A stretch of DNA of 64,000 nucleotides from positions 64,001-128,000 of IMG/VR virus record IMGVR_UViG_3300031772_000002. One strand, given 5' to 3'. A program made the translations under genes and the position numbers. Origin of the DNA: a virus. Below are positions 18,250-25,949 of the stretch, in pieces. How positions within the stretch are numbered: position 1 is the stretch's first letter; every line of letters starts with the position of its first letter. Below the pieces are notes generated by a model that saw nothing but the letters and a program-made list of their open reading frames with translations, was not told where the DNA came from and ran no database searches.

Positions 18250-18942
18250 ATGACTATTGAACAAGATCAAATAATGGAATGGCAAAAAACTAAAGATCCA
18301 AAGATCTTTACTGAATTAATTATTAAATACAGACCGGTTGTTAATAAAGTTGTAAATCAATACAGAACAGTTGGTGTATCTTCTGAAACATTAAGAACCG
18401 AAGCCACTGCGCAACTTATTAAATCATTTAAAACATATAAACCATCATATGAAACGCAACCAATAACACATATATGGAATAATTTAAAAAAAGTTCAAAG
18501 AGTTGCTTCTGTTAGTTTAATGTCAGGGCATATACCTGAAAATAGAGCGTTAAAAAAATCAACGTTTACTATTGTTAAAGATAATTTAATTGATAAACTT
18601 GGATACGAACCAAGTACTATAGAAATGGCTGACGAACTTGGATGGAGTAAAAAAGAAGTTGCTCGAATGACAAGTGAACTTGGAGGAGAGGCTTCTTATT
18701 CAAAAATGAAATATGATTACTATGGGTCTGTGGTAAATCCTGAAAATCCAGACAAAGCCCTTGCCGATTATTTATATCAAGAACTTACCGGTAAAGATAG
18801 AGTTATATTTGAACATACATTTGGATATGCCGGAAAACCTATATTAAATAATAAAGAAATTGCTGATAAATTAAATGTAAATGAAATGTGGATTCATCGT
18901 GCAAAAACAAGATTGGCAGAAAAAATAAAATCATATCGTTGA
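18250..18942 (+). CDS. phage-encoded sigma-70 family RNA polymerase sigma factor
   Basis: Region 2-like N-terminus, region 3 LGYEPSTIEMADELGWS, region 4 HTH EIADKLNVNEMWIHRAK. Confidence 0.85.
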   Translation: MTIEQDQIMEWQKTKDPKIFTELIIKYRPVVNKVVNQYRTVGVSSETLRTEATAQLIKSFKTYKPSYETQPITHIWNNLKKVQRVASVSLMSGHIPENRALKKSTFTIVKDNLIDKLGYEPSTIEMADELGWSKKEVARMTSELGGEASYSKMKYDYYGSVVNPENPDKALADYLYQELTGKDRVIFEHTFGYAGKPILNNKEIADKLNVNEMWIHRAKTRLAEKIKSYR

Positions 18943-18953
18943 AAGAATAAAAT

Positions 18954-19163
18954 ATGTTACAAGAAATTTATAATACTTCATTTATTAATGAACTTGAAAA
19001 AATTGCTGTATCACATGACATGAAGAGAATTATTTTACAAAGAAAATTAAATAGATATGTTGATGAACAGAAAAAAAATGTAAATGAACGTTTCTATAAA
19101 AAAGCAATTAGAAGATTTGTTATAAAAAGAATATTATCAGCATTGTCAAAAGTTAATTATTAG
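18954..19163 (+). CDS. small basic protein with ELEKIA leader
   Basis: MLQEIYNTSFINELEKIA followed by Arg/Lys-rich body. Confidence 0.75.
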   Translation: MLQEIYNTSFINELEKIAVSHDMKRIILQRKLNRYVDEQKKNVNERFYKKAIRRFVIKRILSALSKVNY

Positions 19164-19174
19164 GATAATTTATA

Positions 19175-20719
19175 ATGGCTAAAGAATTTGCATTAGGTCT
19201 TCCGTCAAAAACACGTTTTGATCCAATCGATCAGAAAGGTAAAACTCGTCTTGTTATTCAAGAACATGATGCAACTACCAAACATTACGATATGAGATTA
19301 AAAGATAAAGGGGTGGCTCATAGTTGGGTTATACGTTATCTTCCTGGAGAAAAGCAGAAAATTCTTGCAATACAACAACCAACACATTTGTCAAGATATA
19401 TGAATTTTGAAGGAACAATTCCTGAAGGATATGGAGCCGGAACTGTTAAAAAAATATACGATCAAAAAGTTAAAGTTCTTTCTGCTACAGATGATAAAAT
19501 TAAAATGACATTGCCTGAAGGCAATTTTACCATGATACGACCAAAAGGATTTAGTGGAAAACAATGGTTAATGATTAAAAATTCTAGTATAAAAAATCCT
19601 ATTACATCAAAACCTAAATATAAAGTTATTGCTGAACCTATTGATTATTCTGATGAAAATAAAATACTTCAGCCAAAGGTAGATGGGGCGCATAGTATTT
19701 TTGAATTAAAATCTAACGATGTAAATAATATTTACTCATATCGAATAAGTAAAAAAACTGGAAAGCCTATAGATCATACCGATCAACTTCCTCATTTAAG
19801 AGATTTAAAAATTCCTAAATCACTTGATGGAACTATATTGAGAGGTGATCTATACGGGAAAACAACAATCGGTCCATTGCCTGCCGAACAAATAAGTGGA
19901 ATTCTTAATTCAAGTGTTAATAAAAGTATTGAAAGGCAAAAACAACTCACTCGTCTTAAACCTTATATTTTTGATATTGTTAAATTTAAAGGCAAAGATG
20001 TTTCAAAAGAAGATTATTCAAATAAACTTAAAATGATGAAAGAAGTAGAATCTAAAATACCTGAAATGCGAGTTGCTGAAACTGCAACAACTCCACATGA
20101 AAAAAGAAGACTTTTTAATATGATAAAAACTCAAAGACATCCTGACACATCTGAAGGTGTAGTTGAATGGGATTTAAACGCTCCAGGAGGCTCACCAATG
20201 AAACAAAAATTCAGAGATACCCATGATGTCTATATTAAAAGTATATACCCTGCAATAGAACAGAAAAGCGGTAAAGAGAAAAAAGAAGCTGGTGGATTTG
20301 AATATAGTTTAACTCCTCGCGGTGAAATAGTTGGAAGTGTAGGAACAGGATTTACTCAAAAAAAAAGAAAAGATATGCTTGCACATCCTGAAAGTTATAT
20401 TGGAATGGTAGCACGAGTTAAATCTCCACATCAATATGAATCTGGTGCATTAAGAGCTCCGGCATTTTATACTATGGATATAGAAAAAAATTTAAATAAA
20501 GTTGCTAATATTAATAAAGGAGTTTTCATGAACAATTTATTTAATGAAAGTTTAGTTAAAGAATTTCAAAAAATAGCTATGTCTTCAAGATTCTATCAAG
20601 GCGTTTTAAAAAAAGTTAAATGGAATGATCCAAGAAGATCAACATTTGTTGGTGGATTATATAAATCTTTAGTTAAAGAAACTGGCGGATTGCCTAAAAA
20701 AGTTATTTTAAATAAATAA
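19175..20719 (+). CDS. ATP-dependent DNA ligase with N-terminal LigD-type 3'-phosphoesterase domain
   Basis: PE: VIQEHDATTKHYDMRL, SW, FEGTIPEGYGAGTV; ligase: PKVDG (motif I), YIFDI, EGVV, VGSVGTGF OB-fold. Confidence 0.85.
   Translation: MAKEFALGLPSKTRFDPIDQKGKTRLVIQEHDATTKHYDMRLKDKGVAHSWVIRYLPGEKQKILAIQQPTHLSRYMNFEGTIPEGYGAGTVKKIYDQKVKVLSATDDKIKMTLPEGNFTMIRPKGFSGKQWLMIKNSSIKNPITSKPKYKVIAEPIDYSDENKILQPKVDGAHSIFELKSNDVNNIYSYRISKKTGKPIDHTDQLPHLRDLKIPKSLDGTILRGDLYGKTTIGPLPAEQISGILNSSVNKSIERQKQLTRLKPYIFDIVKFKGKDVSKEDYSNKLKMMKEVESKIPEMRVAETATTPHEKRRLFNMIKTQRHPDTSEGVVEWDLNAPGGSPMKQKFRDTHDVYIKSIYPAIEQKSGKEKKEAGGFEYSLTPRGEIVGSVGTGFTQKKRKDMLAHPESYIGMVARVKSPHQYESGALRAPAFYTMDIEKNLNKVANINKGVFMNNLFNESLVKEFQKIAMSSRFYQGVLKKVKWNDPRRSTFVGGLYKSLVKETGGLPKKVILNK
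20528..20719 (+). CDS. possible nested in-frame small protein with ELEKIA-type leader
   Basis: Internal AAGGAG RBS then in-frame ATG: MNNLFNESLVKEFQKIAMSSRF... Confidence 0.5.
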   Translation: MNNLFNESLVKEFQKIAMSSRFYQGVLKKVKWNDPRRSTFVGGLYKSLVKETGGLPKKVILNK

Positions 20720-20725
20720 TTTATC

Positions 20726-20765
20726 ATATTATTAATTATATTTAATTAATAAACATTAGGAAGGA
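20726..20765 (+). repeat. 40-bp direct repeat (second copy 21286-21325; partial third about 21577-21595) containing RBS
   Basis: ATATTATTAATTATATTTAATTAATAAACATTAG(G/A)AAGGA, one mismatch. Confidence 0.85.
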
Positions 20766-20771
20766 GGTTGT

Positions 20772-21269
20772 ATGATGAAGATTGGCCAGGCATTAAAATT
20801 AGCAATGAGTAATACACAATATCTTGAAAAAATAGCTATGATTATGATTCCATTGACACAAGGACAGATTCGGGCTCCCTGGTTTAAAATAGATGATGAA
20901 ACCAGACAGAAGCTTGTAGATAGGGCAAAACCAATGCCGGTTAGACACAGTTTGATTGGTGGGGCTGTTGGTGTGGCTACCGGAGCTACGATTGGATCTC
21001 GGCTTGGTTGGCGTGGAGCCTTAATTGGTGGTACTAGTCTTGGATTGTTAGGCGGGGCTTTAGGATATGCAGGCGGCAAGCATCAGCAGGGTTTTGCATC
21101 AAAGTCGAAATATTATTCTCCATATCAAAGAACGCCCATAGGCGTTGGATTTGCGTCAAGCAAAGAATCTGTAAACAGGGCCGCTGCCAAATTGATTGAA
21201 AATATCAAAAGAAACGATTTAAAAGGATTTTCAGGAATTAGTTTTTCCAAGCAGATTAGCGACGAATAA
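20772..21269 (+). CDS. glycine-zipper protein with LEKIA motif
   Basis: QYLEKIAM; GGAVGVATGATIG...GGTSLGLLGGALG; visibly higher GC than neighbours. Confidence 0.75.
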   Translation: MMKIGQALKLAMSNTQYLEKIAMIMIPLTQGQIRAPWFKIDDETRQKLVDRAKPMPVRHSLIGGAVGVATGATIGSRLGWRGALIGGTSLGLLGGALGYAGGKHQQGFASKSKYYSPYQRTPIGVGFASSKESVNRAAAKLIENIKRNDLKGFSGISFSKQISDE

Positions 21270-21332
21270 TTTTTAGTGATTAATTATATTATTAATTATA
21301 TTTAATTAATAAACATTAGAAAGGATCTTATT

Positions 21333-21567
21333 ATGTTTCAAAAAATTTATAAAGATTCATTTAAAAATGAACTTGAAAAAATTGCTTTATCAACAGAAGG
21401 GGTTGAGGATAACCTTAGTACTGTATTAACCCCAGAACAACTAAATCAAACTGAAAAATTGGGGGTTAATACAGTACTGCTGCTGAAAAAAATCCATTTG
21501 GACCTTGTACGGCGGCATCCCTTGGATCTACAGCTTTATTAGCAGCTTCTATATTAGGTAGAAAATA
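21333..21567 (+). pseudogene. internally deleted, frameshifted duplicate of 21603..22016
   Basis: Shares 5' about 120 nt and 3' about 85 nt with downstream gene, middle missing; ORF stops at 21542. Confidence 0.7.
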
Positions 21568-21602
21568 AAATTTAAATAATAAACATTAGAAAGGATATCA
21601 TT

Positions 21603-22016
21603 ATGTTTCAAAAAATTTATGAAGATGCATTTAAAGATGAACTTGAAAAAATTGCTTTATCAACAGAAGGAGTTGAAGATAGACTTGGTGCTATATTAAC
21701 TCCAGAACAATTAATTCAAGCTGAAGAATTGATTGCAAGGGCTAAAGAAAAAAGTTTTATTTTAAGACATCCATGGCTTACTGGATTTGGAACTTTAGGC
21801 ATTGCTCCTGCAATTGCTAATGAAAACGCATATAATAAAATTAGTAGAACAATGATTAGAACAAATCCCGATATCAAAGAAATACAAAAAAACATAGTAG
21901 CCAAAGAGCATGAATTAGATCTTGCTGCTGAAAAAAATCCATTTGGACCTCGCACTGCGGCATCCCTTGGATCTACAGCTTTATTAGCAGCTTCTATTCT
22001 AGGCAATAGAAGATAA
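21603..22016 (+). CDS. ELEKIA-leader protein
   Basis: MFQKIYEDAFKDELEKIA; AAAGGA RBS. Confidence 0.8.
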   Translation: MFQKIYEDAFKDELEKIALSTEGVEDRLGAILTPEQLIQAEELIARAKEKSFILRHPWLTGFGTLGIAPAIANENAYNKISRTMIRTNPDIKEIQKNIVAKEHELDLAAEKNPFGPRTAASLGSTALLAASILGNRR

Positions 22017-22046
22017 AATTTAAATAAGGTAAGCAATAGGTATGTT

Positions 22047-22934
22047 ATGAATAAAAAAGCTTATAATATTGATCTTAAAGTAGGAGATGTGGTTCTTGGA
22101 GGTAAATTTAAGAATCAACGAATGATTGTTGAAAAATTTGGAACTAACGATATAGGACAGCCAACAATAAATGATAAAAGTTTGTTGGCTGTTCGTATTG
22201 AAAAAACTTTACCTAATAGTAAAAAAAGTTCTGAAACTTTAGCACAAGAATTAAATAATATAGCAGGAAATGAATCTGAAGTAAATAAAACTGCTTTTAT
22301 GAAATTTCCTAACTTTAAAAAATCTTTTCAAACTTTATATGGTTTAGGTCCTGAAGGATTTTCACGAAAAGCAATTGAATATGGAAAAACATTAGGAGAT
22401 ACACTAAATCAAAAAATTATTAAAAAAATAAAACCTGAAGCACATGCAAATTTAATAGAAGCTTTAAAAGGAATGAAAAATCCTGAGCTTGTTAAAATGT
22501 ATAAAGAGAATAAAATTTCACCTGATTTATTACGTAACTATTTAAATAAAAAAAGCATTGAATCTTCTGTATCAACATTTAAAGAATCAATTCCTGCATT
22601 GGCTATATCATTACCTGTTGGAGTTGGATCAATTTATGGTGGGAAAAAATTATTGGATAAATATCGTAAACAAAATCCTAAAATGGAAAAAATTTCATCA
22701 AATATTTTGTTTAAACCAAGTTTATGGAATGAATCTATTAAAAAAATACTTAAATCTACAGCAACAAATACTACATTAAATACTGAATCAACTTTAGATT
22801 TAGATAAATACTATAATAAAAATAAAAAACAAAATTTTAAAATTACAAAAACTTCGTCATTAAATTTAAATAATATTTATCGTAATTCATTATATGATGA
22901 ATTGACAAAAATGTCAAAATTAGGTAGAAAATAA
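22047..22934 (+). CDS. modular protein with multiple K-x-A/S motifs
   Basis: N-terminal LKVGDVVLGGKFKN...GQPTIN module; NKKA, NKTA, EKIS, TKTS and C-terminal IYRNSLYDELTKMS. Confidence 0.75.
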   Translation: MNKKAYNIDLKVGDVVLGGKFKNQRMIVEKFGTNDIGQPTINDKSLLAVRIEKTLPNSKKSSETLAQELNNIAGNESEVNKTAFMKFPNFKKSFQTLYGLGPEGFSRKAIEYGKTLGDTLNQKIIKKIKPEAHANLIEALKGMKNPELVKMYKENKISPDLLRNYLNKKSIESSVSTFKESIPALAISLPVGVGSIYGGKKLLDKYRKQNPKMEKISSNILFKPSLWNESIKKILKSTATNTTLNTESTLDLDKYYNKNKKQNFKITKTSSLNLNNIYRNSLYDELTKMSKLGRK

Positions 22935-22956
22935 AATTTAAAGAAAGGATGTTATT

Positions 22957-23372
22957 ATGTTTCAAAAAATTTATAAAGATGCATTTAAAGATGAGCTTGA
23001 AAAAATTGCTTTGTCAACTATTGGAGATATTAGTAGATCAATATTTGGTTATCATAATCTTAATGAAATATCTAAAAAAATTAATATTCCTAAAAAAATG
23101 TAGAATCTTATTATCATGGTTTACGCACTCCTAATAAATTATTATATTCCAATGAAGATGTAGAAAAAGATATTAAAGATATATGGCAAAAAAAAGAAAA
23201 ATATGATAAAATACGCAATGAGTCAGGATTATTTAATACTCAGCCTGGAAGCGATGAAGAATATAAAGTTATGAAAATGTATGGAAAGCAAATGGATAAT
23301 GATTTATCAGATTATGAGAATACTAAACAAAATTTATTAAAAAAATATGTAAATATTAAAAGTAAAAAGTAA
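22957..23372 (+). pseudogene. ELEKIA-leader gene interrupted by a frameshift in an A7 run
   Basis: MFQKIYKDAFKDELEKIA... stops at 23103; one extra A in 23092-23098 restores an open frame to TAA at 23370-23372. Confidence 0.65.
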
Positions 23373-23406
23373 AAAATAAAAAATAAAAATTATTATTGGA
23401 TATCAA

Positions 23407-25431
23407 ATGGCTCCTCCAAGAAAAGCTTGCGAAATTGTTTTAAACATAGAACTTGCGTATGCTAAATTATTAGATACTATACAAGATATTTTAAAAAAAA
23501 TACAAACCATTATTGATTTAAAATCAAAAATAAAATACGGATTTATAGATATTGCCGATGCAGTAGGAGCAGATATAGTAGCGGCTATTGGAAGCATAGC
23601 CGCATCTGTATCAAAATCTATATTAGGTTCTATTTCAGGAATGGCTGCTGCCATTCTTGAATCTATATTATCAAGTTTATTATCAATACTTTTATCTGCT
23701 CCAACCGCTATTTTCTCGTTTATTGCAATACCGCACAGCCAGGCAAGGCAGGCTGCTCATATTGAAAGAGAATGTATATTAAGAGCATTAGAGAATGTAC
23801 GGTTAATATTATCTATAATTTCAAAATGGACCGACGGATTTAGTGGTGGAAAATTTTATGAACAAATGAAAAATGCATTGCCTTACATATCTAAAGCTAT
23901 ACAAATTTCTGTTGAATTATTAATAGATCTTGATAAAGACGAAGCAATATTAAATGAATCCAAGTATAATGCTATGCTTGACAATATACAAATGGCTGAA
24001 GATATTACAAAACCAATGTCTATAATAGATTCAAAGTTCGGATTAACACGGGCAATGGAACAAAGAAGGGATGAAATTTATAATAAACTTACTATAGAGA
24101 TAAATAATACTTACAATAAAAAACGCAATAAACTTACTGAAGAATTTCAAAAACAGATGTTAGAGATTGGATCAGGTCCTGATTTAAATTACGCAATTAA
24201 AACAGAAAGCATTCGCAATAAATATTCATTTAATCGTTCTGTTATTGAAACGGAAAGAAAAGAAAAATTACAACTTGCTTCTTTACAAGCCACTACTCAG
24301 GCAAGTATAGATGGAAGCGCTTATGTTAAAGCAATTAAAGGATTAGGGGCTGAATTTGTATATGATATGGAAATATTACTTAAAACAATTAAAAGTTTAG
24401 CATCTAATATTTCTAAAGCATATGTTGAAAACAAAAGATGCCAACGTATGTGTCATGCGATATATACAATTAGAGAATTAATTTCTAATCTTATTAATGA
24501 ACTTATTTATTTAATAAGAAAAACAACTATTGGTTCGGTTAAAGTGGCTTCAAAATCAATAGACTCAGCTCAAACATTACTTGAGGTTGTTTATGATAAA
24601 TTTACTTCATGCATTGATAGATATGAAGATGTTACATCAAAAATAAGTGATATTGAAATGTCTTTAACTGTAGTGGCTGGAAATGAATTATTATTATCTT
24701 CAGAAGCAGTTCTTAACAGCACCATTACCAGGAGTTTAATAGATCATATTAATTCGGATGATGTATTAAAAGAGGCTAATAAAGATTTTGAAGAATTTTA
24801 TAAAAAACTTGAAGATATACCTGATTGGGATGGAAAGAAAAATGTATGGGCTGTACAAACTATTGGACTGGCAGCAAGCCCTTATGTTAAATTAACAACA
24901 GATTCGGCAACGTTAGTAATAAGAGTTCCGTCATTATCATTTTCTAATAGTCGTACTGATCGTCAGGAATTAATTCAATTCATGATGGATCTTCAAAGAA
25001 CATTCAATACTATTCTTGTTCATAATTTATATGTTACTGAAGTTCTTAATTCATATACTCCTTATATGTCCTCAGAAATTGGAAATTTAATGAGAATACT
25101 TTCTAACGCAGGACTACTTGAAACTTTTGCTAATGGATTAAGTATTGTGGCGACTATAAGTGATATAACTAAAAACATTATTAAAAGTGGTATAGATTCT
25201 TTTGCAGTTACATCTGAAAATTGTATGTCATCATATCCAGATTTATATAAAAGTCCTGATGCAGCAAGGGCTTCAGCTTTATTTAAATATAATATGCCTG
25301 CCAGAACAGCTGATTTAAGTTTTCTTAAAAAATGTGAAGATAGAGATTATGATCGAATTGGAGTTCAAACATATATTAAAAATATTAATTTTAATAATAT
25401 GATTAATGAAGAAGATTTGGTTGAAAGTTAA
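23407..25431 (+). CDS. large helical virion/baseplate-associated protein
   Basis: 674-aa helical ORF directly upstream of gp25-like gene. Confidence 0.5.
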   Translation: MAPPRKACEIVLNIELAYAKLLDTIQDILKKIQTIIDLKSKIKYGFIDIADAVGADIVAAIGSIAASVSKSILGSISGMAAAILESILSSLLSILLSAPTAIFSFIAIPHSQARQAAHIERECILRALENVRLILSIISKWTDGFSGGKFYEQMKNALPYISKAIQISVELLIDLDKDEAILNESKYNAMLDNIQMAEDITKPMSIIDSKFGLTRAMEQRRDEIYNKLTIEINNTYNKKRNKLTEEFQKQMLEIGSGPDLNYAIKTESIRNKYSFNRSVIETERKEKLQLASLQATTQASIDGSAYVKAIKGLGAEFVYDMEILLKTIKSLASNISKAYVENKRCQRMCHAIYTIRELISNLINELIYLIRKTTIGSVKVASKSIDSAQTLLEVVYDKFTSCIDRYEDVTSKISDIEMSLTVVAGNELLLSSEAVLNSTITRSLIDHINSDDVLKEANKDFEEFYKKLEDIPDWDGKKNVWAVQTIGLAASPYVKLTTDSATLVIRVPSLSFSNSRTDRQELIQFMMDLQRTFNTILVHNLYVTEVLNSYTPYMSSEIGNLMRILSNAGLLETFANGLSIVATISDITKNIIKSGIDSFAVTSENCMSSYPDLYKSPDAARASALFKYNMPARTADLSFLKKCEDRDYDRIGVQTYIKNINFNNMINEEDLVES

Positions 25432-25473
25432 AATAGAATGGATTTATTCATATTTTAGAACTATTTTATAATT

Positions 25474-25947
25474 ATGGATATTGACTTCTCTACTATTATA
25501 AATTCAAGTTCTTCTACAACACCATCTTCTGGTTTTGAAATTTCTATATTAGACAATCCTAAAGGTGTAGAAGGAAACAGGGCATTATTAAATAGATTTG
25601 AAATAACATTTTTAACTCAATTGAAAAGTTTTTTAATTAATGATAAAATTGTATTAGATACTTTTGGAGGAGATGCTGATAAATTTATTAATCGCCCCTC
25701 TGTTTTAAACAATATTCAAAGTATTGCTGCGGCTATATCAGTATCAATAGATCAAACTATTAAATCAATGAAAAGCGATGAGCCTGAAAAAATACCAGAT
25801 ACTGAAAAAATACTTAACGCAAATTTATTAAGTATTGATGTTGTAGAAGGAGTAGTAGTGGCACAAATTGAAGTCATTCCAGTTAATGTTGAACCGTATA
25901 GTAATTTAATATTTAATCTTCCGATTATTAATAGAACGGAATTTTAA
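25474..25947 (+). CDS. gp25-like baseplate wedge/sheath initiator
   Basis: VEGNRALLNRFEITFLT, FGG, IPDTEKI pattern; immediately before baseplate J. Confidence 0.55.
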   Translation: MDIDFSTIINSSSSTTPSSGFEISILDNPKGVEGNRALLNRFEITFLTQLKSFLINDKIVLDTFGGDADKFINRPSVLNNIQSIAAAISVSIDQTIKSMKSDEPEKIPDTEKILNANLLSIDVVEGVVVAQIEVIPVNVEPYSNLIFNLPIINRTEF

Positions 25948-25949
25948 TC

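Noticed and set aside
22949-23134. 61-aa ORF listed in the track
   Set aside because: Wrong frame; the RBS and conserved leader point to the ATG at 22957
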